NCBI GenBank assembly: GCA_963755025.1
Contig: CAVWIH010000027.1
Span: forward strand, 1 to 64,000
Reading direction: 5' to 3'
Length of the DNA stretch: 64,000 nt
Origin: an uncultured Actinomycetes bacterium
GTDB lineage: Bacteria; Actinomycetota; Thermoleophilia; UBA2241
Of the stretch, positions 10,849 to 20,259 are shown piece after piece. The translations under genes were made by a program, and so were the position numbers. Below the pieces are notes generated by a model. It was not told where the DNA came from and made no database searches. It worked only from the letters and a program-made list of their open reading frames with translations. Numbering within the stretch: position 1 is the stretch's first letter; every line of letters starts with the position of its first letter.

Positions 10849-11952
10849 ATGAGCCTGAACGTTGACGACCCCAGCGCGGCGCGCGACGACTCCGGCGCGG
10901 CGCGCGACGACTCCGGCGTGGCGGCGGACGGTCAAGCCGCCCGGCGACTCGACGCGGGCCCGCTGCCCGACGCCACCCTGCTCGACGCCTACTCGCGGGC
11001 GGTCATCGCGGCCGCCCGCCGGGTGAGCCCCTCGGTCGTGAACATCGAGGCGCGGCGACGGCTCACCGAGCGCGAACGCCGCCGCGCACCGGGCGGCGAC
11101 GACGCCTTTCGCCAGATCCCGGCGGGCAGCGGCTCGGGCTTCGTCTTCACCCCCGACGGCTTCATCATGACCAACAGCCACGTGGTGCACGGCGCCGCCG
11201 GCCTGGAGGTGACGCTCACCGACGGCCGCACCGCCGCGGCGCAGGTCGTGGGCGACGACGCCTGGACCGACGTGGCCGTCGTGCGCATCGACGCGCCCGA
11301 ACTCGTAGCCGCCCGGCTGGGTGACTCGCACGCCCTGCAGGTGGGTCAGCTCGTCGTGGCCATCGGCAGCCCCTTCGGCTTTCAGACGACCGTCACGGCC
11401 GGCGTGGTGAGCGCCCTGGGGCGCTCGTTACGCTCGCAGACCGGGCGCCTCATCGACAACCTCATCCAGACAGACGCCGCCCTCAACCCGGGCAACTCGG
11501 GCGGCCCCCTGGTCGACTCGGCCGGCGAGGTCGTGGGCATGAACACGGCGATCGTGTCGCCGGCGCAGGGCCTCTGCTTCGCCATCGCCATCAGCACCGC
11601 GCAGTACGTCGCGACGCGCCTGATCCGCGACGGGCGCCTGGCCCACGGGCGCATCGGCGTGGTCGCCCAGAACGTGCCCATCCAGCGGCGCCTCGTGCGC
11701 TACTTCGGGCTCACCGCGCAGAGCGGCGTGCTGGTCGCGGGGATCGAGCCCGGCAGCCCGGCTCAGGTCGCCGGGCTGCGCGAGGGAGACCTCGTGGTGG
11801 CCGCCGGCGGCCGCGACCTGCCCGACGTCGACGCCCTCCACCGGCTGCTCACCGAGCACCCCGTAGGGCGACCGCTCACCGTGTCGGCCATCCGGCGCAC
11901 GCAACGGCTAGAGCTCGCGGTGACGCCGGTCGAGGCCGAAGCCGCGGCCTGA
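10849..11952 (+). CDS. HtrA/DegP-like trypsin serine protease with PDZ domain (no signal peptide)
   Basis: GSGSG, TNSHVV, DVAVV, IQTDAALNPGNSGGPL catalytic triad motifs; C-terminal PDZ. Confidence 0.9.
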   Translation: MSLNVDDPSAARDDSGAARDDSGVAADGQAARRLDAGPLPDATLLDAYSRAVIAAARRVSPSVVNIEARRRLTERERRRAPGGDDAFRQIPAGSGSGFVFTPDGFIMTNSHVVHGAAGLEVTLTDGRTAAAQVVGDDAWTDVAVVRIDAPELVAARLGDSHALQVGQLVVAIGSPFGFQTTVTAGVVSALGRSLRSQTGRLIDNLIQTDAALNPGNSGGPLVDSAGEVVGMNTAIVSPAQGLCFAIAISTAQYVATRLIRDGRLAHGRIGVVAQNVPIQRRLVRYFGLTAQSGVLVAGIEPGSPAQVAGLREGDLVVAAGGRDLPDVDALHRLLTEHPVGRPLTVSAIRRTQRLELAVTPVEAEAAA

Positions 11953-11995
11953 ACGCCGCCCGGGCGTCGCCGGACGCAGCGCCGGGTTCGGCGGG

Positions 11996-13375
11996 CTACC
12001 TGCCGATCAGCTTGGCGGTGAGGCCGGCGCGCCGCGACGCCTTGCCGGTGCGCGCCTCGACCCGGTCGGCGCTGCCCATGATGGCCAGCGACAGATTGAC
12101 GCCCAGGTAGCGCAGCGGTTCGGGTTCCCAGCGCTTCGAGATGTGCCCGACCCAGGGCAGCCCGGCAAGGCCATGGTCGGCGCCGGCGATCAGCTCGGCG
12201 AGGGTGCGACCGGCAAGGTTGGTCGTGGACACGCCGTCACCGACGTAGCCGCCGGCCCAGGCCATGCCGCTCTGCTCGTCGTAGCCGACCGAGGTGAACC
12301 AGTCGCGCGGCACGCCCAGGCAGCCTCCCCAGGTGTGCGTGACGCGCGCCGCGCCGAGCGCCGGGAACAGCGTCTTGAGCACGTTGTGGAGCTCGCCGAA
12401 CACCTTGGGAGCGAGATCGTAGTCGTCTTTGATGCGCGAGCCGAAGTGGTAGGGAGCGCCGCGGCCGCCGATGGCGATACGGTCGTCGGTGGTGCGCATG
12501 GCGTAGATGAGCAGGTGGCGTTCGTCGCCGAAGACCTCGTGACCCGACCAGCCGACCTCGTCCCAGAACGAGGCGGGCAAGGGTTCGGTGGCGATCATCA
12601 CCGAGTAGAGCGGCACCGTGTCGCGGGCGTGGCCGGGCAGGGTGGCCGCGTAGCCCTCGAGGGCGTTCACCACGATGCCCGCCTTGAGCAGGCCGTCGGG
12701 CGTGGGTACCTCGTGCGGCGTGAGGGCGAGCGCCGGGCTGCGTTCGTAGATGGTCACGCCGAGCCCCTCGACCACGTCGGCCAGACCGCGCGCCAGGCGC
12801 GCCGGGTCGACCGAGGCGCAGTGCGGCGAGTAGATGGCGCCCAGGCAGCCGGCGACCCGCAGGCGCTGCGCCGCCTCGTCGGGCGAAAGGTAGACGTAGT
12901 CGGCCTCGTCGAAGCCCCACTCGCGCTCGTGGTCGATCTCGGCCTGCAAGCTGAGCAGCTGGGCGGCGCTGGTCGCCAGCGTGAGCGCGCCGCCTCTGTG
13001 GTAGCGCGCGTCGATACCCTCGGCCGCGACCACGCGGCCGACCTCGTCGACGGTGGCGAACATGGCGCGCTGCATGGCGATCGCGGCGTCGCGCCCGAAC
13101 TCGCGGGCGATCGTGCCCGGCGAGGCGGCGAAGTAGCTCGAGCACCAGCCGCCGTTGCGGCCCGAGGCGCCAAAGCCGGCGATCTCTTTTTCGACGATGG
13201 CGATACGCAGTGAGGGGTCGGCTTTCTTCAGGTAGTAGGCCGTCCACAGCCCGGTGTAGCCGGCGCCCACCACGGCGACGTCGACCTCGGCCGCACCCGA
13301 GAGCGCCGGCCGCGGGGCAAGCTCGCCCGGCACGCCGTCGAGCCATAGCGAATACTCATGGTAGTCCCTGGTCAC
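11996..13375 (-). CDS. FAD-dependent oxidoreductase (DadA/PuuB-like amine oxidase)
   Basis: VVGAGYTGLWTA, GFGASGRNGGW, GYVGDGVST, WEPEPLR. Confidence 0.85.
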   Translation of the reverse strand: MTRDYHEYSLWLDGVPGELAPRPALSGAAEVDVAVVGAGYTGLWTAYYLKKADPSLRIAIVEKEIAGFGASGRNGGWCSSYFAASPGTIAREFGRDAAIAMQRAMFATVDEVGRVVAAEGIDARYHRGGALTLATSAAQLLSLQAEIDHEREWGFDEADYVYLSPDEAAQRLRVAGCLGAIYSPHCASVDPARLARGLADVVEGLGVTIYERSPALALTPHEVPTPDGLLKAGIVVNALEGYAATLPGHARDTVPLYSVMIATEPLPASFWDEVGWSGHEVFGDERHLLIYAMRTTDDRIAIGGRGAPYHFGSRIKDDYDLAPKVFGELHNVLKTLFPALGAARVTHTWGGCLGVPRDWFTSVGYDEQSGMAWAGGYVGDGVSTTNLAGRTLAELIAGADHGLAGLPWVGHISKRWEPEPLRYLGVNLSLAIMGSADRVEARTGKASRRAGLTAKLIGR

Positions 13376-13872
13376 GTGGCCTCCAGCCCCCGCTTTTTGA
13401 GCGCCTTCATGGCCGACACCCGCACGGCCTCGTCGCGGTCGCGCAACGCCGAGGTGAGCAGCGCGTCGACCCGCGCGCCCGAGTAGTTCGACAGCGAGCG
13501 CACGGCCAGCAGCCTTGCGCCGGAGTCGCGGTCCTTGAGCTCCTCGGCGAGCACCGGGATGGCCGAGGCCAGGTGGACCTCGCCGAGCAGATGCACCGCG
13601 TCCTGGCGACGCCCGACGTCGCCGTGTTCGATGACGTCGGCCAAAAAGACGACCGCCGGCTCGCCGATCTGCCGGAACGAGTCGCGGGCCAGCACCATGT
13701 GGCGCGTGTTCTTGGACTGCAGGGTGTCGAGCAGGATCGGCATGCGGCGTTCGAGCGCCTGCCGCGCCTGTTCGGCGACCTCTGGGTCTTTCTTGTACTT
13801 GCTCGCGCGCAGCAGGCCTTCGACCAGGCCTCGGGCATCGAGACGCTCGACGTTGGGTCGTCCAATCGGCAT
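13372..13872 (-). CDS. HEAT-repeat protein
   Basis: Helical repeats (IGEPAV, RQDAVHLLGEV, ALRDRDEAVRVSAMKAL); stop overlaps the downstream start. Confidence 0.7.
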   Translation of the reverse strand: MPIGRPNVERLDARGLVEGLLRASKYKKDPEVAEQARQALERRMPILLDTLQSKNTRHMVLARDSFRQIGEPAVVFLADVIEHGDVGRRQDAVHLLGEVHLASAIPVLAEELKDRDSGARLLAVRSLSNYSGARVDALLTSALRDRDEAVRVSAMKALKKRGLEAT

Positions 13873-14029
13873 CGACAGCCGCCTTTCGATCGGGGCCGCG
13901 ACCAGAAGCGCGGTCCGCTCGCCCGATTCTACAGCGAAAGGCGGTTCGGGCAGCGCCCAGCGCCGCGCGCCGTGTGCGCGCGACGTCGCGCGACTCGCGA
14001 CGTCGCGCGCGGCGGCGTACAGTTGGGGC

Positions 14030-14995
14030 ATGAACGAGACCTCACGAGCCCCCCAGACGGCCGCCCTGCGCCTCGACGCCCTGCACCTGCTGGTGACCTA
14101 CCGCTGCACCTACGCCTGCGACCACTGTTTTGTGTGGGGCAGCCCTCGCCAGGACGCGACGATGACGCTCGGCGCGCTGCGGGCGGCCATCGACCAGGCC
14201 GCCGCGGCCGGGTGCGAGACGGTATACTTCGAGGGCGGCGAACCACTGCTCGCCTACCCGGTCGTGCTGGCCGCCGCCCGTCACGCCCGCGCGGCGGGAC
14301 TCGGCGTCGGTGTGGTGACCAACTGCTTCTGGGCCACCTCGCCCGACGACGCGCTGGTCTGGCTCGCGCCCTTCGCCGAGCTCGGTTTGGCCGATCTCGC
14401 GCTGTCCTCGTACGCCTACTTCACCGAGAGCCTCGAAGACGAGACCCGCCTGCGCAACGCCGTACGCGCCGCCCAACAGCTCGGCCTGCCGCTGGGCGTG
14501 CTCGAGGTCGGCGCTCCGGCCGCCCTCGACGACCTGGGCGTGCCCTGCGGCGCGCCCGGCGCGATCATGTTCAAAGGGCGGGCGGCGGAGGTGCTCGCCT
14601 GCGGCGAGCACCTCCGCCGCCCACCCGATTCCCTCGTCACCTGTCCCTACGAAGACTTCGCCGACCCCGGCCGCTGTCACGTGGGCCGCGACGGCAACCT
14701 CATGCCCTGCCAGGGCATCAGCGTAGGTAACCTCTGGCGGCGCCCGCTCGCCGAGCTCCTCGCGACGTACGATCCGGCCGCGCTGCCGGTCGTGCGCGAG
14801 CTTGCCGCCGGCGGCCCCTGGGCGCTCTCGCAAGCCTGCGGTCTGGCGCCCGCGCGCGCCCTGTACGCCGACGAGTGCCACCTCTGCTACGAGCTGCGCT
14901 CGCGGCTGCGCGCCGCCGGGCGCTACCTCGACGTCCTCACGCCCGACGAGTGCTACGGCACGGGTGAGTCGCCGGCCGCCGATGGCGCCTCCTGA
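14030..14995 (+). CDS. Radical SAM protein of unknown function
   Basis: CTYACDHC (CxxxCxxC), FEGGEP, VVTNCFWA, C-terminal Cys cluster PCQG...DECHLCY. Confidence 0.85.
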   Translation: MNETSRAPQTAALRLDALHLLVTYRCTYACDHCFVWGSPRQDATMTLGALRAAIDQAAAAGCETVYFEGGEPLLAYPVVLAAARHARAAGLGVGVVTNCFWATSPDDALVWLAPFAELGLADLALSSYAYFTESLEDETRLRNAVRAAQQLGLPLGVLEVGAPAALDDLGVPCGAPGAIMFKGRAAEVLACGEHLRRPPDSLVTCPYEDFADPGRCHVGRDGNLMPCQGISVGNLWRRPLAELLATYDPAALPVVRELAAGGPWALSQACGLAPARALYADECHLCYELRSRLRAAGRYLDVLTPDECYGTGESPAADGAS

Positions 14996-15542
14996 CGTGA
15001 CGCGAACGGCCGTGGTGCTCGAACCCTTCGGCGCCGCCGACTGGGAGCGCCTCGCCGGCTGGACCACCGACGAGGCCCAGCTCCTGCAGTGGGCGGGCTC
15101 GCTCTTTCACTGGCCGCTCGACGACGCCCAGCGCGACGCCTACCTGGCGGCCACGGCAGGGCCGCAGCCGGACCGCCTGATCTGGCGCGCGCTCGAGAGG
15201 CCCGGCGGCCAGGTCGTGGGCCACGTCGAGCTCGACGCGATCGAGCGCCGGCACCGCACCGCCACGCTCACGCGCGTCCTGGTGTCGCCCGCGCACCGCG
15301 GGCGCGGCCTGGGCGGCGCGCTCACCGCCGCCGCCCTGGAGCGCGGCTTCGAGGGCGAGGGCCTGCACCGTATCCAGCTCAGGGTCTTCGACTTCAACGC
15401 GCCGGCGATCAGCTGCTACGAGCGCCTCGGCTTTCGCCGTGAGGGCCTGCTGCGCGAGACCAGAAGGATCGGACAGACCTGGTGGAGCTCACTGGTCATG
15501 TCGCTGCTCGAAGACGAGTGGCGATCACGAAAGGAGCCTTGA
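14982..15542 (+). CDS. GNAT (RimJ/RimL-like) N-acetyltransferase
   Basis: HRGRGLG, LHRIQLRVFDFNAPAISCYERLGFRREGLLRE. Confidence 0.85.
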   Translation: MAPPDVTRTAVVLEPFGAADWERLAGWTTDEAQLLQWAGSLFHWPLDDAQRDAYLAATAGPQPDRLIWRALERPGGQVVGHVELDAIERRHRTATLTRVLVSPAHRGRGLGGALTAAALERGFEGEGLHRIQLRVFDFNAPAISCYERLGFRREGLLRETRRIGQTWWSSLVMSLLEDEWRSRKEP

Positions 15543-15979
15543 TGGCATCGCAACGACGATCGTTCTGGGAGCACGAGAGCTTTGTGGTCATCGGTCACAC
15601 GGGCGCGCGCAGCTTTCCCAAGATGACCTACCGCGGCCTGCGCGACTCCGGCAAGACGGTGTTCGCCGTCGACCCCTCGCTCGACGAGGTCGAGGGCGAT
15701 CCCACCTTCCCCGACCTGGCCGCCCTGCCAAGCCCGGTCGAGGCGGCCGTGCTCGAGCTGCCCAAAGACGAGACCGCGGCCTGGGTGGCGCGCGTCGCCG
15801 ACGCCGGCATCAAGGCGATCTGGATCCACCAGCGCACCGACTCACCGGAAGCACTCGCCCTGGCCGCCCAGCGCGGCCTCGAGGTCTGCTCCGGCACCTG
15901 CGCGGTGATGTACGTCACACCCGGCTTCAGCGGCCACGCGCCGCACCGCTGGGTCATGCGCGCGATCGGCAAGTACTGA
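15542..15979 (+). CDS. CoA-binding protein (YccU-like)
   Basis: VVIG...GKTVFAVDP...GIKAIWIH...GTCAVM; AAGGAG RBS. Confidence 0.8.
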   Translation: MASQRRSFWEHESFVVIGHTGARSFPKMTYRGLRDSGKTVFAVDPSLDEVEGDPTFPDLAALPSPVEAAVLELPKDETAAWVARVADAGIKAIWIHQRTDSPEALALAAQRGLEVCSGTCAVMYVTPGFSGHAPHRWVMRAIGKY

Positions 15980-16035
15980 ACTCCCTGCCGTCGCCAGCGG
16001 CTCGTTGAGCGCCTGCCAGAGCAGGGGGAGGTCCG

Positions 16036-16620
16036 ATGAACGACGATGAGCGGGTGGCGGGAGCGCCGCAGCCGCCGGCGCCCGGCGCAGCCGACCCCGC
16101 GCCGCCGGCCGGCTGGGTCGCGCCGGCCCCGCCGCCACCGCGCGGCGACTGGGCGCCGCCGGCGCCGGACGACCCGCAGCCGTACGCCGCCGCTTACGTG
16201 CCGCGGCCGGGCTACGCCTACGGCCCACCGCCACCGGGCGCCGTGCAGCCTACCTACGAGCCCGGGCTGGGCGCGTTCAGCGTCTTGCCGCCCGAGGCCG
16301 GCGGCTGGAACTGGGGCGCCTTTCTCTTCACCTGGATCTGGGGTCTGTTCAACGGCGCCTACGTCACCCTGTGGGGCCTGCTGCTCATGTTCGTGCCGGG
16401 CGGCCATATCGCCTGGGCCATCGTCTGCGGCGTCAACGGCAACCGCTGGGCCTGGCGAGGCAGACCGTGGACCAGCGTCGAGCAGTTCCGGGCCACGCAG
16501 CACAAGTGGGCGGTCGCGGCGCTGATCGTGTTCCTCGTTGCCGTGCTCGTGCCGATCGTGGTCCTGATCCTGGTCCTCGTCGCCACTCACGCTTCGTCGT
16601 CGGGCACGAGCGGCGGCTGA
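16036..16620 (+). CDS. Membrane protein with Pro-rich N-terminus (WNWGAF family)
   Basis: GGWNWGAFLFTWIWGLFN...GNRWAW...QHKWA; hydrophobic segments; GGAGG RBS. Confidence 0.7.
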   Translation: MNDDERVAGAPQPPAPGAADPAPPAGWVAPAPPPPRGDWAPPAPDDPQPYAAAYVPRPGYAYGPPPPGAVQPTYEPGLGAFSVLPPEAGGWNWGAFLFTWIWGLFNGAYVTLWGLLLMFVPGGHIAWAIVCGVNGNRWAWRGRPWTSVEQFRATQHKWAVAALIVFLVAVLVPIVVLILVLVATHASSSGTSGG

Positions 16621-16702
16621 CGCGGCGCGGCGGCCGACGCGGCGCGGCGGCGGCGCGGTCGCGCACAGTGCACGCCGCGGCGGCGTTGCCTCTGCGTGCG
16701 CA

Positions 16703-16739
16703 CGGGGGGCGGGAAGCTCGAACGAGCTGCCCGCCCCCG
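16703..16739. terminator. GC-rich hairpin between convergent genes
   Basis: GGGGGCGGGaAGCTCG-AA-CGAGCTgCCCGCCCCC inverted repeat; no clear U-tract. Confidence 0.55.
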
Positions 16740-16771
16740 CCGCGTCCTTTCTGCGGTTCAGCCGGCCTTGA

Positions 16772-17653
16772 TCAACCCTCGGGTTTCGGCGGCGCGGGAG
16801 GCGACGGCGGCGCGGGCGGCGCCACGTCGGAGGGCGGCGCCGGCGGGGCCGGCGCGGGCGGCGGCTCGGTGGCCGGAGGCGCCACTTCAGGAGCCCGCTC
16901 GGGCGTGGCGCTGGGCGCCGCGGCGGGGGCTTCGGCGGTGGGCGCCGCGACGGGTGGCGCGGCCGCAGGTGCGGCGGCCGGCGGTGCGGGCGGTGCTTGC
17001 GCCGCGCTCGTCGCCTGCTCGGCCGGCGGCGGGGGCGGCGGGGGCACGGAAGCGGCCGGAGCCGCGGCCGGGGCTGCTGGCGCAGCCGCCGGAGGCGCCT
17101 GCTGGCCGGACCACGGCGGCGGCGTACCGGCCCCTGCCCACGGCGGTGCGGCGGGAGCGGCCGGCGGAGCGCCCGGTCGACCGTACTGCTGCGGCGGGTC
17201 GGGCGGTGCGCCCGGCCGACCGTACTGCTGCGGCGGGAGCGGGTACGGCGTGCCGTACACCGGTCGCGCCTGCGGGGGCGCATAGGTGGCGGAGCCGAAT
17301 CCGAGGATCGGGTAGAAGATGAACCCCAGCAACCACAGGCCGACGCCGAAGCCGCCCCCCTTGCCGAAGTCTTTGGCGAGGTCGAGCGAGATGAGCAGGC
17401 TGAAGACGATCCACACCAGGTTGACGATCGGGACGATCGCCAGGATCACCCACCAGCCGGGACGTCCCGTGATCTTGCAGAGGATGTAGAGGTTCCAGAA
17501 GGGGATGATCGCTTTCCAGCCCCGCTCGCCGGCCTTCACGAAGACCATCCACAGGCCGACGATCTCGACGATGCCGAGGATCGACCAGGCGTAGAAGCCC
17601 CCGCCGAACGGACTGCTGCCCACAGCGACCATGGCTGCGGCGATGCTGCTCAT
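16772..17653 (-). CDS. DUF5684 family membrane protein with long Pro/Ala-rich C-terminal tail
   Basis: WMVFVKAGERGWKAIIPFWNLY...GRPGWW...FGKGGGFGVGL...YPILGFG; AGGAGG RBS. Confidence 0.85.
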   Translation of the reverse strand: MSSIAAAMVAVGSSPFGGGFYAWSILGIVEIVGLWMVFVKAGERGWKAIIPFWNLYILCKITGRPGWWVILAIVPIVNLVWIVFSLLISLDLAKDFGKGGGFGVGLWLLGFIFYPILGFGSATYAPPQARPVYGTPYPLPPQQYGRPGAPPDPPQQYGRPGAPPAAPAAPPWAGAGTPPPWSGQQAPPAAAPAAPAAAPAASVPPPPPPPAEQATSAAQAPPAPPAAAPAAAPPVAAPTAEAPAAAPSATPERAPEVAPPATEPPPAPAPPAPPSDVAPPAPPSPPAPPKPEG

Positions 17654-17838
17654 AGGCCCTCCTTTTCGGCCGTGCGCTCCGATGGGCTCGCTTGCGGCCT
17701 GGTGGACTCGTCATAACCGAAGCACACTGTGCCTGAAACGTGCCCTACCACTTTTCAGCTCACGCCGGTGCGCCCTGGCGGCCGCGCCGTACCGTGGCGT
17801 TCGCCGCGGCGCGGCCGGCGCCGCCGTCGGCGCAAGAC

Positions 17839-17880
17839 AAAACGGGGCGGGAAGCTCGAGTCATCGAGCTTCCCGCCCCG
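17839..17880 (-). terminator. Intrinsic terminator of DUF5684 paralog
   Basis: CGGGGCGGGAAGCTCGA-loop-TCGAGCTTCCCGCCCCG stem followed on the minus strand by TTTT. Confidence 0.75.
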
Positions 17881-17906
17881 TCGGCTGGCGACCGGCCTTG
17901 AGTGGG

Positions 17907-18479
17907 TCAGGCGCCGGGTGGGGGCGGAGGTGCGACAGGCCGCGTGCTCCACGGCGGCGGCGTCGAGGGGGCGACCCAGGCGGCGCCTACCGCGGGGGCG
18001 GCGGCCGGCTGTTCGTAGTGTTCCTGGGCGTACTGTCCCTGCGCGTACTGCGCCTGAGCGGCATACGCCGCGACGAGGGGGCCATCGGAGCGGCGGCCGT
18101 AGTGGGCGTCGCCGAACCCGAGGATGGGGTAGAAGATGAAGCCCAGCAGCCACAGGCCGACGCCGAAGCCGCTGCCCTTGCCGAACAGGCGCGCGATGTC
18201 GAGCGAGATGATGACGTTCAGGACGAACCAGATGAGCCCGCCGACGCCGGGGATGAAGGCCAGCAAGAACCACCAGCCGGGGCGGCCGGCGACACGGCAG
18301 AGCAGGTAGAGGTTGTAGAACGGGATGAGGGACCCCCAGCCCGGCTCACCTGCCTTGTCGAAGACCATCCACATGCCCGCGATCTCGACGACGACGAGGG
18401 CAAGGACGACGACGACGAAGTCGAGACTTCCGAGCAGTCCGGCAAACGAGGGGGTAAGGGCTGCCAGGACACTGGTCAT
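17907..18479 (-). CDS. DUF5684 family membrane protein (paralog)
   Basis: WMVFDKAGEPGWGSLIPFYNLY...FGKGSGFGVGLWLLGFIFYPILGFG; AAGGAGG RBS. Confidence 0.85.
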   Translation of the reverse strand: MTSVLAALTPSFAGLLGSLDFVVVVLALVVVEIAGMWMVFDKAGEPGWGSLIPFYNLYLLCRVAGRPGWWFLLAFIPGVGGLIWFVLNVIISLDIARLFGKGSGFGVGLWLLGFIFYPILGFGDAHYGRRSDGPLVAAYAAQAQYAQGQYAQEHYEQPAAAPAVGAAWVAPSTPPPWSTRPVAPPPPPGA

Positions 18480-18585
18480 ACATCCTCCTTGGGCCGAACG
18501 GGCCGGCCGCGATAGACAAAGCAGTCACGACGGTGGGCGATGGCCCACCGTTACGTCTATCGTCGGCTAAAAGGGGGTTCGTACT

Positions 18586-20259
18586 TTAGTGTTCGCACGA
18601 AGCGCCTGCGGAGCGGGCGTCGCCGACCGCAGCGGCGGGTACCGGGTCGCCGATGGCGGCGGCGGCGCGGCGCGCAGCCGCGGCGCCTTCACGGATGCAG
18701 TCGCCGATGCCGATGCCGTGCAGGTAGCCGCCGGCGAGCTCGATGCCGGGCAGCTCGCCGACCTCGCGCTCGATCCGCGCGATGAGCTCGCCGTGCCCCA
18801 CGCGGTACTGCGGCATGCCCCGCGGCCAGCGGAAGATGCGGGTGAACAGCGGCTCGGCGCGCAGCCCGATCATGGCCGCGAGCTCGCGGCGCACCAGGGC
18901 GACCAGCTCGTCGTCGGGCAGTTGCACGGCGGTCTCGCGACCGGCGCGGCCGACGAAGGCGCGCACCAGCACACCGTCGTCGGGTGCGCGGCCGGCGAAC
19001 TTGAGCGAGCTGAAGGTGCCGGCCATGATGCCGCGCTCCTCGGCGCGCGGCACGACGAAGCCGAAACCGTGCAGCGGACGCGCCACATCGGCGCGGCGGT
19101 AGGCGAGCGAGACGGTGGCCGTGCTCACGTAGGCGATCGACGCAAGGTCGGCGGCGGCACCGCTGGCCGCGCCGGCAGCCGCGACTGCGGCTGGCGCGTC
19201 GGCGTCGAGGCCGCCCAGCAGCTCGGCCGACGCGAAGGCCGGACCGGCCAGCACGACCGCCGCGACGGCGCGCTCGCTGCCGTCGGCGAGACGCAGCCGG
19301 TAGGCCGCGGAGCCGCCGGCTACCGCCGGCGGCTCCGCGGCCAGCGACGTCACGCTCAGGCCGGCGTGCAGATGGTCGGCCGGCAGGTCGGCGACGACCG
19401 CGTCGGGCAAGTCGGCCAGGCCGGTGCGAAACGAGAGAAAGTACGAGCGCGGCCTGCGCGACGGAGCGGCCGCGCCGGCCGCGCCGGGCCCCGCGACGCC
19501 GGGGGCTGCGGCGGGCGCCGGGGTGGCGCCGGGTGCCCGGGCGCCGGTCGTGCCGGCGCCTGCGGAGCCCGCAGCCGCCGCGGCCGCCGCCCTCGCCGCC
19601 CGCGCCCGGCGACGGCCGATCATGCCCACGATGAGGCTGCGGTGCTCCTGCTCCATGTCGAGGAACAGGGGGAACGTCGCGCGCACGCTCATCTGTTCGG
19701 GGTCGCCCGCGTGCACGCCGGCCACGATCGGCTCGGCGATCTTGGCGAGCGCCTCGGCGCCGAGCCGCCGCCGCACGAAGTCGCCGAGGCTCTCGTCGCG
19801 CCCGGCGGGGCCGCGCGGCAGCAGCAGGTCGAGCCCCATGCGCAGCTTGCCGCGCAGGCTGATCAAGCTCGACAGGGCAAAGGGCGCCAGCTTGGTCGGC
19901 ACCATGAGGATCAGGCCCTCGGGCAGTTCGTGCAGCCGCCCCCGCGAATAGACGAAGCTCTTGCGCACGTCTTCGTTGGAGTCGAGAAAGCGGTCGTACA
20001 CGCCCACCTTGCGGGCGAGCTCCAGGGGCCAGGGTTTCTCGACGATGAACGAGTCGGGCCCGCCCTCGACGACGAACCCGTCGACGCGCTCCGTGCGCAC
20101 CTTGCCGCCAAAGTACCCCTCGCGCTCGTAGAGGACCCAGTCGAAGGCAGGAGCGTCGCCGGCGGCGACCGCCTCGCGGCGCATGGTCTCGAGGGCGTGA
20201 GCCGCGCCCAGCCCGGCCATGCCGCCGCCGACCACGGCGATGACCGGCAGCTCGCTCAC
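18586..20259 (-). CDS. hemY: Proto-/coproporphyrinogen oxidase HemY (HemG/CgoX)
   Basis: VVGGGMAGL, GGKVRT, EGGPDSF, AGVHAGDPEQMS, GFGFVVP, MPQYRVGH, GIGIGDCI. Confidence 0.92.
   Translation of the reverse strand: MSELPVIAVVGGGMAGLGAAHALETMRREAVAAGDAPAFDWVLYEREGYFGGKVRTERVDGFVVEGGPDSFIVEKPWPLELARKVGVYDRFLDSNEDVRKSFVYSRGRLHELPEGLILMVPTKLAPFALSSLISLRGKLRMGLDLLLPRGPAGRDESLGDFVRRRLGAEALAKIAEPIVAGVHAGDPEQMSVRATFPLFLDMEQEHRSLIVGMIGRRRARAARAAAAAAAGSAGAGTTGARAPGATPAPAAAPGVAGPGAAGAAAPSRRPRSYFLSFRTGLADLPDAVVADLPADHLHAGLSVTSLAAEPPAVAGGSAAYRLRLADGSERAVAAVVLAGPAFASAELLGGLDADAPAAVAAAGAASGAAADLASIAYVSTATVSLAYRRADVARPLHGFGFVVPRAEERGIMAGTFSSLKFAGRAPDDGVLVRAFVGRAGRETAVQLPDDELVALVRRELAAMIGLRAEPLFTRIFRWPRGMPQYRVGHGELIARIEREVGELPGIELAGGYLHGIGIGDCIREGAAAARRAAAAIGDPVPAAAVGDARSAGASCEH

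Noticed and set aside
14030-14995. Radical SAM as AhbD/HemN completing the nearby heme pathway
   Set aside because: It lacks recognisable AhbD SPASM spacing and HemN motifs, and is separated from the hem operon by unrelated genes.
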